64,000 nucleotides of DNA from Hyphomonadaceae bacterium (lineage in GTDB: Bacteria; Pseudomonadota; Alphaproteobacteria; Caulobacterales; Aquidulcibacteraceae). The notes under the pieces were generated by a model. The model did not search any database, was not told where the DNA came from, and was given only the letters and a program-made list of their open reading frames with translations. Shown piece after piece: positions 8,359 through 17,340 of this stretch. The translations under genes and the position numbers were made by a program. The stretch covers positions 4,363 through 68,362 of the forward strand of contig JACMMP010000064.1 in NCBI GenBank assembly GCA_014378995.1. The letters run 5' to 3'. Position 1 is the stretch's first letter. Every line of letters begins with the position of its first letter.

Positions 8359-10437
8359 ATGAGCGCCAAGCCGAAACCCGCCGCTAAACCCCAAGCGCAG
8401 ACCGACTGGAAGCGCGTTGCTGTTTTGGTGCAATGCTCGCGCGCCATGGACGCGATCGAGGAGCGCGAACTCGTCCCGGGCAAGAAGATTTTCTACCAGT
8501 TCAGCGCGCGCGGGCATGACATGGCGCAAGTGTTGCTGGGCTTGCATCTGACGCACCCCAAGGACGCGATCTGCGGCTATTATCGCTCGCGCCCAATCCT
8601 GCTTTCGCTCGGCGTCGCGCTCGAGGATGCGCTGGGATCGGCGATGGGCCGCGCAGGCGGCTATAGCGACGGGCGCGATATCGGCGTCGTGTTTAATTAT
8701 CCGAACGCGTCGGGCGCTTCGGCGCTGCCGATGTGCGGCGGCGTCGGCGCGCAATACACGCCAACCGCCGGCTACGCGCAGGCCATCGAGTATCACCGAG
8801 GCGTTCTGGGCGATCGCGCTTATGACGGCGCCATCGGCGTCGTGCTTGGCGGCGAAGCGTCGGTGGCGACGAACGGTTTTTGGTCAGCGCTAACGATGGC
8901 GACGACGTTGAAGCTGCCAATGTTGTTCTACGTCGAAGACAATGGCTACGGCATCTCCACGCCCGGCTGGCTGCAAACGCCGGGCTGCAACATCGCGGCG
9001 AACCTCGCGAGCTTCGCTGGCTTGAAGGTGCTCGACGGCGACGGCACGGATCCCGCCGTAGCGTCCGCGCTGATTGCGGATGCCGTGACGCACGTGCGCG
9101 GCCGCGGCGGGCCGGCGCTGCTGCGCCTCAGCGTGCCGCGGCTGCAGGGACACTCGTTCCAGGATACGCAAGCGTACAAATCCAAAGACGTGCTCGACGC
9201 CGAATGGGCGCGCGATCCGTTGCCGAAGCTGAAAGCGCACATTGTCCCTTCGATGCTGAGCGACAAGGAATGGGACGCGCTTGAAGCTGAAGCGCGGGAG
9301 CGCGTAAAGCGCGCCGCGCAGATTGCCGATCAGCGGCCGGTATCCGATCCCGAACAGGTGACGCGATTCGTGTTCAGCGAACATGGCGCGCTGCAGGAGG
9401 AAGGCGGGCTCTGGAATACGGGCTACGCGCCGCCAGTTGCGCACGCTGAGCCCAAGCCCGAAGGCGCGCGCATCAACATGATTACGGCGATCCGGCGCAC
9501 GCTCGATCACGAACTGGCGGTGAACCCGCGTGTCTTGGTGTTCGGCGAAGACGTCGGGCCCAAGGGCGGCGTACATGGCGTGACGTTGGGTTTGCAGGAA
9601 AAGTACGGCGCCGGGCGCGTGTTCGACACGTCGCTATCGGAGGAAGGCATTATCGGCCGCGCTGTTGGCATGGCGATCGCGGGGCTGATGCCCGTGCCAG
9701 AAATCCAGTTTCGCAAATACGCCGATCCCGCCACCGAACAGATCAACGATTGCGGCACGATGCGGTGGCGCACCGCGAATCGGTTCGCGGCGCCGATGGT
9801 GGTGCGGATGCCGATCGGCTTCTTCAAATGCGGCGACCCGTGGCACTCTCAGACCAACGAAGTGCAATTCGTGCATAGCCCGGGCTGGCGCGTCGCCGCC
9901 CCGTCGAACGCGGAGGACGCGGTTGGCTTGTTGCGCACGGCTTTGCGCGGCAATGATCCGGTGATGTTTCTCGAACACCGCAACATGCTCGACGCGGCGA
10001 GCGCGCGCCGGCCCTACCCTGGTGATGATTTCGCACTGCCATTCGGTGTGGCCAAACGCGTGCGCGAAGGCGGCGACATCACCATCGTCACGTGGGGCGC
10101 GATGGTGGAACGCTGCGAAGCGGCGGCGGATCAAGCGGCAATCAGCGCCGACATTATCGATCTGCGCACGTTGGCACCTTGGGATAGCGAAGCCGTGCTC
10201 GCCTCCGTGCGGCGCACGCATCGCTGCTTCATCGTGCATGAGGATATCGGCACGGGCGGTTTCGGCGCGGAGATTGCGGCGGTGGTGGCGGATCGCGCGT
10301 TTCTCGATCTGGATGCGCCGGTCGTGCGCTTGACGATGCCGGACATCCCCAGCCCGCATCATCCAGAGCTGATGGAATGGGCGCTGCCGTCGGTTGAGCG
10401 CATCGCGGCGAAGATTGAAGAATTGGTGCGCTTCTGA
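8359..10437 (+). CDS. 2-oxoacid dehydrogenase E1, fused alpha+beta (branched-chain/aromatic type)
   Basis: TPP motif GGEAS...EDN, GHS..D loop, beta-part FGEDVG..GGV.GVT, RVFDTSLSE, EIQF, DLRTLAPWD. Confidence 0.9.
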   Translation: MSAKPKPAAKPQAQTDWKRVAVLVQCSRAMDAIEERELVPGKKIFYQFSARGHDMAQVLLGLHLTHPKDAICGYYRSRPILLSLGVALEDALGSAMGRAGGYSDGRDIGVVFNYPNASGASALPMCGGVGAQYTPTAGYAQAIEYHRGVLGDRAYDGAIGVVLGGEASVATNGFWSALTMATTLKLPMLFYVEDNGYGISTPGWLQTPGCNIAANLASFAGLKVLDGDGTDPAVASALIADAVTHVRGRGGPALLRLSVPRLQGHSFQDTQAYKSKDVLDAEWARDPLPKLKAHIVPSMLSDKEWDALEAEARERVKRAAQIADQRPVSDPEQVTRFVFSEHGALQEEGGLWNTGYAPPVAHAEPKPEGARINMITAIRRTLDHELAVNPRVLVFGEDVGPKGGVHGVTLGLQEKYGAGRVFDTSLSEEGIIGRAVGMAIAGLMPVPEIQFRKYADPATEQINDCGTMRWRTANRFAAPMVVRMPIGFFKCGDPWHSQTNEVQFVHSPGWRVAAPSNAEDAVGLLRTALRGNDPVMFLEHRNMLDAASARRPYPGDDFALPFGVAKRVREGGDITIVTWGAMVERCEAAADQAAISADIIDLRTLAPWDSEAVLASVRRTHRCFIVHEDIGTGGFGAEIAAVVADRAFLDLDAPVVRLTMPDIPSPHHPELMEWALPSVERIAAKIEELVRF

Positions 10438-11666
10438 TGAGCGAGCTTACAGACATCATCGCGCCTGTCGAGCAGGAAGGCACCAAGTCGGTTGTGCGCG
10501 CGTGGCTGAAGAAGATTGGCGACGCGGTGAGGCGCGATGAGCCGATTGTGGAGCTGGAGACGGATAAGGTTGCGGTGGAAGTGTCGGCGCCGGTCGATGG
10601 GGTGCTGGCGTCGATCGCGCTGAATGAGGGCGATGACGCGGCGCCGGGGGCAACACTCGGAGTTCTCACCTCTTCCGTCATCCCGGACGCGCGAAGCGCG
10701 ATCCGGGACCCAGCGGCAAACAATCCGGTGGTTACCCTGGGTTCCGGGTCTCCGCTTCGCTCCGCCCGGGATGACGAAGGCAGAGAGATGCGTTTGTCGC
10801 CGCTGGTGAAGCGGTTGCTGGCGGAGCACAATCTCTCCCCGACGGAGGTTGTCGGTTCGGGCCGCGGTAGTCGGATCACGCATAAGGATGTGGCCGATCA
10901 TTTGGACCGCGCGTCTTCAGACGCGCAAAGTGAGGGCCTGAAGGCCCGCGCTCCCGCGTCGTCACAAGGCGGCAAAATTCCGCACGACGCGATGCGCAAA
11001 TCCATCGCCGCGCACATGTCTCGTTCGGTGGCGACGGCGCCGCACGTGACGGCGGTGTTCGAGGCGGATTTCAGCGCCATCGCCGCGCATCGCGCCAAGC
11101 ACAAGGACGCTTACGCCAAGGCCGGCGCCGCCCTCACCTATTCCGCCTACATCGTGCGGGCGGCGGCGGAAGCGATGGCCGTCTCCCCGAACGTCAATGC
11201 GCGCTGGCATGACGATTCTCTCGAAGTCTTCGAGGACGTGAACATCGGCATGGGTGTGGCGCTGGGCGACAAAGGCTTAATCGTACCGGTGATCAAGCGC
11301 GCGCAGACGCTTTCGCTGCAGCAGACCGCGGCGCAGCTCGCCGATCTTACCGACCGCGCGCGCAAGAACACGCTGAAACCCGCCGACGTGCAAGGCGGCA
11401 CATTTACGATCTCCAATCACGGCGTCTCCGGCTCGCTGGTGGCGACGCCGATCATCATCAACCAGCCGCAATCGGCGATCCTGGGCGTCGGCAAGCTGGA
11501 GAAGCGCGTCGTCGTGCGCGAGATCGATGGGCAGGAAGCGATCCTGGTGCGGCCGATGGCCTATGTTTCGCTTACCATCGATCACCGTGTGCTTGATGGC
11601 CATCAAACCAATGCGTGGCTGACGCGTTTCGTCGATGTGCTCGAAACCTGGCCGCAAGAGGATTGA
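10437..11666 (+). CDS. Dihydrolipoamide acyltransferase E2
   Basis: Lipoyl ETDK, peripheral-subunit-binding domain RLSPLVKRLL...GSGRGSRIT, catalytic TFTISN and DHRVLDG. Confidence 0.93.
   Translation: MSELTDIIAPVEQEGTKSVVRAWLKKIGDAVRRDEPIVELETDKVAVEVSAPVDGVLASIALNEGDDAAPGATLGVLTSSVIPDARSAIRDPAANNPVVTLGSGSPLRSARDDEGREMRLSPLVKRLLAEHNLSPTEVVGSGRGSRITHKDVADHLDRASSDAQSEGLKARAPASSQGGKIPHDAMRKSIAAHMSRSVATAPHVTAVFEADFSAIAAHRAKHKDAYAKAGAALTYSAYIVRAAAEAMAVSPNVNARWHDDSLEVFEDVNIGMGVALGDKGLIVPVIKRAQTLSLQQTAAQLADLTDRARKNTLKPADVQGGTFTISNHGVSGSLVATPIIINQPQSAILGVGKLEKRVVVREIDGQEAILVRPMAYVSLTIDHRVLDGHQTNAWLTRFVDVLETWPQED
10676..10776. repeat. Family A (CGTC/GTCAT-tagged) palindromic REP-like element, in frame inside E2 linker 1
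   Basis: CGTCATCCCGG...CCGGGATGACG termini; arms match the reverse complement of the 19902-20009 copy at 34/37 and 38/41 nt. Confidence 0.9.
10904..10954. repeat. Family D inverted REP doublet, in frame inside E2 linker 2
   Basis: GGACCGCGCGTCTTCAGACGCGC, 5-nt spacer, then GAGGGCCTGAAGGCCCGCGCTCC; two 23-nt hairpin units in inverted orientation. Confidence 0.7.
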
Positions 11667-11668
11667 CC

Positions 11669-12829
11669 ATGCTGGAAACGCTTGCGCAGAAGGCGCCTGA
11701 TCCGCTCTTGAAAATCATCAAGATGTTTCGCGAGGATCCGCGGAGCGACAAGATCGATCTTGGTGTTGGCGTCTATCGCGATGCGGCCGGCGCCACGCCG
11801 GTGATGCGCGCGGTGAAGGATGCGGAAGCGCTGCTGCTCGCCGGGCAGAAGACGAAGACCTATGTCGGCCAGCAGGGCGACGTGGATTTTCTGCGGCTCG
11901 TCGGCCAGCTGGCGTTCGGCGAAATGTCACGCGATTTCGTGTCGATCCAGGCCGTCGGCGGCACCGGCGCGCTACGGCTCGGCTGCGACTTGCTGCGCGA
12001 AAGCGGGGCCAAGCGCGTCTTGCTGCCGGCGCCGTGCTGGCCGAACCACCCATCGATCGTACGCGCGGCGCGGCTGGAGGCGATGGACGTTGCCTTCTTC
12101 AACATCGCCGAGCAGCGCATCGATATGGACGCGCTGATCGCCGGCTTCGATCGCGCTGAGCGCGGCGACGGCGTGATCCTGCAGGCGTGCTGCCACAATC
12201 CGCTCGGCGCCGACTTCTCGCTCGAGCAATGGCGCACGCTCGCCGAGGCGCTGAACGCGCGCGGGCTGATACCTTTTGTGGATCTCGCTTATCAGGGCTT
12301 TGGCGACGGCGTTGACGAGGATGTCGCAGGCGCGCGCGCGTTGCTGGAACGTGTGCCGGAAGCCTTGATCGCGGTATCGGAGGCAAAGTCGTTCGGCATT
12401 TATCGCGAGCGCGTCGGCGCGCTTTACGTGAAGACGGCGGAGAAGGCGCGCGCGGCGGCGATGAGCAATCTCGCGGCGATCGCACGGGCGAATTATTCGA
12501 TGCCGCCGGACCACGGCGCGGCGGTCGTGCGGGAGGTGCTGAGCGATGACGCTTTGCGTGCGTCCTGGCGCGAGGAACTGGATGAAATCCGCGGCCACAT
12601 CAAGCGCACCCGTGTGGCGCTGGCGGCGGAACGGGTGAATTCGATCCCGATGCATCTGATTGCGGATCAGAAAGGCATGTTCTCAACGCTGCCGCTGAAC
12701 GAAGCGCAAGTCGCGGCGCTGCGGGAAACGCACGGGATTTACATGACCGATGCGGCGCGGATTAATGTTGCAGGGCTGCGGGCGGCGGATATTCCGCGGT
12801 TCGTGGACGCGTTGCGGGCGGTGGCTTAG
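11669..12829 (+). CDS. tyrB: Aromatic amino acid aminotransferase (AspC/TyrB family)
   Basis: KIDLGVGVY, GGTGALR, WPNH, CCHNPLG, DLAYQGFG, PLP-Lys in SEAKSFGIYRERVG, RINVAG. Confidence 0.88.
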   Translation: MLETLAQKAPDPLLKIIKMFREDPRSDKIDLGVGVYRDAAGATPVMRAVKDAEALLLAGQKTKTYVGQQGDVDFLRLVGQLAFGEMSRDFVSIQAVGGTGALRLGCDLLRESGAKRVLLPAPCWPNHPSIVRAARLEAMDVAFFNIAEQRIDMDALIAGFDRAERGDGVILQACCHNPLGADFSLEQWRTLAEALNARGLIPFVDLAYQGFGDGVDEDVAGARALLERVPEALIAVSEAKSFGIYRERVGALYVKTAEKARAAAMSNLAAIARANYSMPPDHGAAVVREVLSDDALRASWREELDEIRGHIKRTRVALAAERVNSIPMHLIADQKGMFSTLPLNEAQVAALRETHGIYMTDAARINVAGLRAADIPRFVDALRAVA

Positions 12830-12846
12830 CACGGAGCGGCGCGTCG

Positions 12847-12924
12847 CCCTTCGACAAGCTCAGGGTGACGCGACCTTAAACCTGCGGGGAAGCACGCTAG
12901 CGTCAGCCTGAGCCTGTCGAAGGC
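12847..12924. repeat. Family B inverted REP doublet between convergent tyrB and paaZ (possible bidirectional terminator)
   Basis: CCCTTCGACAAGCTCAGGGTGACG (12847-12870) and CGTCAGCCTGAGCCTGTCGAAGGC (12901-12924), 21/24 complementary. Confidence 0.85.
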
Positions 12925-12940
12925 GGCAAGCCGCGCCACC

Positions 12941-14959
12941 TTAAGCCGCGTTCATGGTCAGCAGATCGTAGGCCGCCACGGTTTCGCCGTCGCGGTTAGT
13001 GACGATAACGTCCCAACGCACTTCGCCCTGATCCGGCTTGCGCAGCGTTTTGTCTTTCACCGTGAGCGCAACCTGGATCGCATCGCCGGGCTTCACGGGT
13101 TTGACGAAGCGCAGATTGTCGAGCCCGTAATTCGCCAGCACCGGGCCCGGATCGGGATCGACGAAAAGGCCGGCCGCGAACGCCAAGATGAGATAGCCGT
13201 GCGCGACGCGGCCGCCGAACAGCGGGTTGGCGCGCGCGGCTTCTTCGTCCATGTGCGCGTAGAAGGTGTCGCCGGTGAAATGGGCGAAGTGTTCGATGTC
13301 TTCCAGCGTGATTTCGCGGGTCCTGGTTTTGAGCTGATAGCCGATCGGCAGGTCGTGGAATTTTCGGCGGAACGGATGCTGCTCGGCGTTCTCCGTCGGC
13401 ATGCCGGCGATGTAGCGGTTGACGATCGCGCTCAGCACGCGCGGGTGTCCCTGTAGCGCCGTGCGCTGCATGTAATGCGTGACACCGCGAATGCCGCCCA
13501 TCTCTTCGCCGCCGCCGGCGCGGCCAGGGCCGCCATGGATCATGTGCGGCATCGGCGAGCCGTGGCCTGTGGATTCTTTGGCGCTGTCGCGATCGATGAA
13601 GGCGAGGCGGCCGTGGAATGAGCCGGCGCCGAGCACGACATCGCGGGCGAAGTCCGTGTCGTGCGTAAACACGCTCATCACCAGCGAGCCCTTGCCGCGA
13701 TTGGCCAGCGCGATGGCGTCGCCGCCGTCCGTGTACGGCATCAGCGTTGAGACCGGGCCGAACGCTTCGACGTCATGGACGGCGCGCGCGTCCCATGGCT
13801 TTTCGCAGCGGAGCAGCACAGGCGAGAGAAACGCGCCCTTAGCGTTAAACGGCGACGCGTCCGGCTCACCAAAAACGACAGACGCATCGGCGCTGATCTC
13901 GCGGATCTTGGCGCGCACATCGTCACGCTGGATGGTGCTGACGAGCGCGCCCATGCGGGTGGCTTCATCGCGCGGGTCGCCAATCGTGGTTTTGGCCAAA
14001 CGCGCGATCAACGCTGCTTGAGCTGCATCGAGCAACGCGGCCGGGACCATGGCGCGGCGGATCGCAGTGCACTTCTGCCCTGCCTTCGCCGTCATTTCCT
14101 TGGCGACTTCCTTGATGAAGAGGTCGAACTCGGGCGAGTCCGGCGTCGCATCAAGGCCGAGCACCGAAGCGTTGAGCGAATCCTGTTCGGCGACGAAGCG
14201 CACACTTTCGCGGGTGATGACTGGATGAGTGCGCAGTTTCGCTGCCGTCGAGGCGGAGCCGGTGAAGGAGACGACGTCCTGTGTCGTCAAATGTTCGAAC
14301 AGATCGCCAGTCGAGCCGACGATCAGCTGCAGTGCGCCTTTCGGCAGCACGTTCGCGTCCAGCATGATGCGCACGGCGGCTTCGGTGAGATAAGCGGTCG
14401 CACTCGCGGGCTTCACGATTGCGGGCATGCCGGCAAGCAAGGTGGGCGCGAGCTTCTCGAGCATTCCCCAGACGGGGAAGTTGAAGGCGTTGATGTGGAC
14501 GGCGACGCCTTGCCGCGATGTGTAAACATGCAAGCCTTGGAACGTGCCGTTGCGCGAAAGCGCTTCGACATTGCCGTCGATCAGGATGCGCTCGTTGGGG
14601 AGTTCGCGGCGGCCTTTGCCCTGATAGACCGCGAACGTGCCGATGCCGCCGTCGATATCGATCCAAGCATCGGCTTTGGTGGCGCCGGTATTGTAGCTGA
14701 GCTCGTAGAGCTCTTCTTTGCGCGCCGTGAGCGCGTCGGCGAGCGCCTTCAGCAGCTTGGCGCGATCGTGAAACGTAAGCGCGCGCAGCGCAGGCCCGCC
14801 CTGCTCGCGGGCGAAGCGCAGCATCGCGCCGAAGTCGAGCCCCTGCGATGAGGTGAGCGCGACGACGTCGCCGTCGATGGCGGAGCGGAGTTCGGCCATG
14901 CCGCCAGAACCGGCGATCCATTTGCCTTCCGCGTAGTTTTGCAGGGTGATGGGTTTCAT
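12941..14959 (-). CDS. paaZ: Bifunctional oxepin-CoA hydrolase / aldehyde dehydrogenase PaaZ
   Basis: ALDH domain (HINAFNFPVWGMLEK, GQKCTAIRR) plus C-terminal MaoC domain (FTGDTFYAH, VAHGY). Confidence 0.95.
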   Translation of the reverse strand: MKPITLQNYAEGKWIAGSGGMAELRSAIDGDVVALTSSQGLDFGAMLRFAREQGGPALRALTFHDRAKLLKALADALTARKEELYELSYNTGATKADAWIDIDGGIGTFAVYQGKGRRELPNERILIDGNVEALSRNGTFQGLHVYTSRQGVAVHINAFNFPVWGMLEKLAPTLLAGMPAIVKPASATAYLTEAAVRIMLDANVLPKGALQLIVGSTGDLFEHLTTQDVVSFTGSASTAAKLRTHPVITRESVRFVAEQDSLNASVLGLDATPDSPEFDLFIKEVAKEMTAKAGQKCTAIRRAMVPAALLDAAQAALIARLAKTTIGDPRDEATRMGALVSTIQRDDVRAKIREISADASVVFGEPDASPFNAKGAFLSPVLLRCEKPWDARAVHDVEAFGPVSTLMPYTDGGDAIALANRGKGSLVMSVFTHDTDFARDVVLGAGSFHGRLAFIDRDSAKESTGHGSPMPHMIHGGPGRAGGGEEMGGIRGVTHYMQRTALQGHPRVLSAIVNRYIAGMPTENAEQHPFRRKFHDLPIGYQLKTRTREITLEDIEHFAHFTGDTFYAHMDEEAARANPLFGGRVAHGYLILAFAAGLFVDPDPGPVLANYGLDNLRFVKPVKPGDAIQVALTVKDKTLRKPDQGEVRWDVIVTNRDGETVAAYDLLTMNAA

Positions 14960-14966
14960 CTTCTTA

Positions 14967-15077
14967 CTCCGTCATCCTGGGGCGACCGAAGGTCAAGCCC
15001 AGGATCCAGGGAACGTAGAGCGGTGTGTTGGCCCCTGGGTCCTGGGCTCGCGCTTCGCGCACCCCAGGATGACGGAG
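14967..15077. repeat. Family A palindromic element filling the paaG-paaZ intergenic space
   Basis: 16-bp perfect terminal inverted repeat CTCCGTCATCCTGGGG / CCCCAGGATGACGGAG with internal hairpins. Confidence 0.9.
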
Positions 15078-15087
15078 CCGGGGACAA

Positions 15088-15876
15088 CTAACTTCCAGTG
15101 AATCTCGGCGTGCGCTTTTCCATGAACGCGCTGACGCCTTCCTTGTAATCGCTGGTGCGGCCGAGTTCGCTTTGGGTGGCGCGCTCGATGTGCAGGTGAT
15201 CCTCGAACGAGGAGATCCAGGCGGCGCGAATGAGTTTCTTGGTGGCGGCGAGGCCTTTCGTGGGCGCCGCGGCGAACTTGGCGGCGAGCGTGTTCACTTC
15301 TTCCGCCAGCTTGTCGTCATCGACGCATTTCCAGATCAGGCCCCAGGCTCCGGCGCGCTCGGCGGTGAGCGGCTCACCGGTAAGCGCCAGCCCCATCGCG
15401 CGTGCTTGGCCCGCCAGACGCGGCAACATCCAGGTGCCGCCGCTATCGGGGATGAGGCCAATATTGGCGAAGCTTTGGATGAACTTGGCGCTGCGCGCGG
15501 CGATGACGATATCGCACGCCAGCGCGATATTGGCGCCGGCGCCGGCGGCGACGCCGTTCACGGCGCAGATTACTGGCATTTCCAAAGATGCGAGGCGGCG
15601 GACGAGCGGGTTGTAACGCTTGTCGAGCGACTCGCCGAGATCGACGCCGTCACCGCCGGGCGCTACGGCGCGATCGGACAGGTCCTGGCCAGCGCAGAAG
15701 CCGCGGCCGGCGCCGGTCAACACGAGAACGCGCGCGTCGCTTTTCGACACGGCTTCCAGCGCACGCGAGACTTCGGTGTGCATCTCGACCGTGAAGCTGT
15801 TGAGGCGATCGGGGCGGTCGAGCGTCAGCTTCGCCGCGCCGTCTGCGATCTCGAGCTGAATGGTTGCGAAATCCAT
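15088..15876 (-). CDS. paaG: 1,2-epoxyphenylacetyl-CoA isomerase PaaG
   Basis: Crotonase fold: RPDRLNSFT, GRGFCAGQDL, NGVAAGAGANIALACD, GLIPDSGGTW; AGGAGG SD. Confidence 0.93.
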   Translation of the reverse strand: MDFATIQLEIADGAAKLTLDRPDRLNSFTVEMHTEVSRALEAVSKSDARVLVLTGAGRGFCAGQDLSDRAVAPGGDGVDLGESLDKRYNPLVRRLASLEMPVICAVNGVAAGAGANIALACDIVIAARSAKFIQSFANIGLIPDSGGTWMLPRLAGQARAMGLALTGEPLTAERAGAWGLIWKCVDDDKLAEEVNTLAAKFAAAPTKGLAATKKLIRAAWISSFEDHLHIERATQSELGRTSDYKEGVSAFMEKRTPRFTGS

Positions 15877-15994
15877 GGGCCGTGCCCTCCTCGCGCGTGG
15901 CGGTGGCGTATGATAGAATGCAGGGTCGGTCAATTCACCAGCGTACCGGCGCGCGATAGCTGAATTCGCTAGGATTTCGTGCAAGATCGATTAA

Positions 15995-16023
15995 TTGACC
16001 GATCGGTCGGCGAATGATAGAAT
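15995..16023 (+). promoter_or_regulatory. sigma70 promoter of paaABCDE overlapped by a palindromic operator (probable PaaR site)
   Basis: TTGACC-N17-TAGAAT with extended TG; perfect palindrome GACCGATCGGTC at 15997-16008. Confidence 0.75.
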
Positions 16024-16067
16024 TCGGGTGAAGTTCCGAGAGGCATGAGCCGATGCATACGACCGAC

Positions 16068-17042
16068 ATGAGCGGCAATAAGAAAGCCGAGGCGGTGGCG
16101 GAGGATCCGGCCAAGGTCGCGGCGTTCGAGCGCCGCGTCGCCAACGATGAATTCATCGAGCCGAAGGATTGGATGCCCGAGGCGTACCGCCGAACGCTCG
16201 TGCGGCAGATGTCGCAGCACGCGCATAGCGAGATCGTCGGCATGTTGCCGGAGGGCAATTGGATCTCGCGCGCGCCCAGCTTGAGGCGCAAGGCGATCCT
16301 GCTGGCGAAGGTGCAGGATGAAGCCGGGCATGGCCTTTATCTTTACTCGGCGGCGGAGACTCTCGGCACGTCGCGCGATGAAATGACGGAGGCGTTGCTC
16401 TCAGGCAAAGCGAAATACTCGACCATCTTCAATTATCCGACGCTGACTTGGGCGGACATCGGCGCGATCGGATGGCTGGTCGATGGCGCGGCGATCATGA
16501 ACCAGGTGCCGCTGCAGCGCACGTCGTACGGGCCGTACGCGCGCGCCATGGTGCGCATCTGCAAGGAAGAGAGCTTCCACCAACGCCAGGGCTACGAGAT
16601 CATGATGCATCTCGCCGCCGGCACGGAGGCGCAGCAGCGTATGGCGCAAGATGCGCTGAACCGTTGGTGGTGGCCGTCGCTGATGATGTTCGGCCCGCCG
16701 GACGATAAATCGCCGAACACCGAGCAAAGCATGCGCTGGCGCATCAAGCGCGACACCAATGACGAGCTGCGCCAGAAGTTCGTCGACATCACCGTGCCGC
16801 AGGCCGAAGCGATTGGGCTCACGGTGCCGGACCCGGCGCTGAAGTGGAACGAAGCGCGCGGCGCTTACGATTTCGGCGACGTGGACTGGGAAGAATTTTA
16901 CGCCGTCGTGAAAGGCGAAGGGCCGGTTGCGAAAGAGCGCATGCAGGCGCGCGTGAAAGCTTGGGACGACGGCGCCTGGGTGCGGGATGCGGCGCGGGTG
17001 CATGCTGAGAAGCGCGCGGCGGCGAAGCTGGCGGCAGAGTAA
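16068..17042 (+). CDS. paaA: Phenylacetyl-CoA epoxidase subunit A
   Basis: [42 protein letters not shown] diiron motifs. Start may be 16053. Confidence 0.97.
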   Translation: MSGNKKAEAVAEDPAKVAAFERRVANDEFIEPKDWMPEAYRRTLVRQMSQHAHSEIVGMLPEGNWISRAPSLRRKAILLAKVQDEAGHGLYLYSAAETLGTSRDEMTEALLSGKAKYSTIFNYPTLTWADIGAIGWLVDGAAIMNQVPLQRTSYGPYARAMVRICKEESFHQRQGYEIMMHLAAGTEAQQRMAQDALNRWWWPSLMMFGPPDDKSPNTEQSMRWRIKRDTNDELRQKFVDITVPQAEAIGLTVPDPALKWNEARGAYDFGDVDWEEFYAVVKGEGPVAKERMQARVKAWDDGAWVRDAARVHAEKRAAAKLAAE

Positions 17043-17046
17043 AGCG

Positions 17047-17340
17047 ATGAGCGACGCATCTAAAGAATGGCCGCTGTGGGAAGTGTTCTTGCGCGGCAAG
17101 GGCGGGCTCTCGCATCGCCATGTCGGCAGCGTCCACGCGGCGGACGCGAAGATGGCGGTCGAGCACGCGCGCGACACCTACACGCGGCGGATGGAGGGCG
17201 TGAGCTTGTGGGTGCTGCCCTCGGCGGCGATCACGGCGTCCGATCCGGGCGATGCGGCGGCTTTGTTCGAGCCGGCGGAAGACAAAGTCTATCGCCACCC
17301 CACCTTCTACAAAATCCCTGACGGCATCACGCACATCTGA
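17047..17340 (+). CDS. paaB: Phenylacetyl-CoA epoxidase subunit B
   Basis: WPLWEVF...HVGSVHA.D...ARDTYTRR.EGVSLWV...DKVYRHPTFY. Confidence 0.96.
   Translation: MSDASKEWPLWEVFLRGKGGLSHRHVGSVHAADAKMAVEHARDTYTRRMEGVSLWVLPSAAITASDPGDAAALFEPAEDKVYRHPTFYKIPDGITHI

Noticed and set aside
8845-8945. E1 TPP motif reads GGEAS rather than GDG
   Set aside because: Glu at this position occurs in active branched-chain E1 alpha subunits, so this is not evidence of inactivation.
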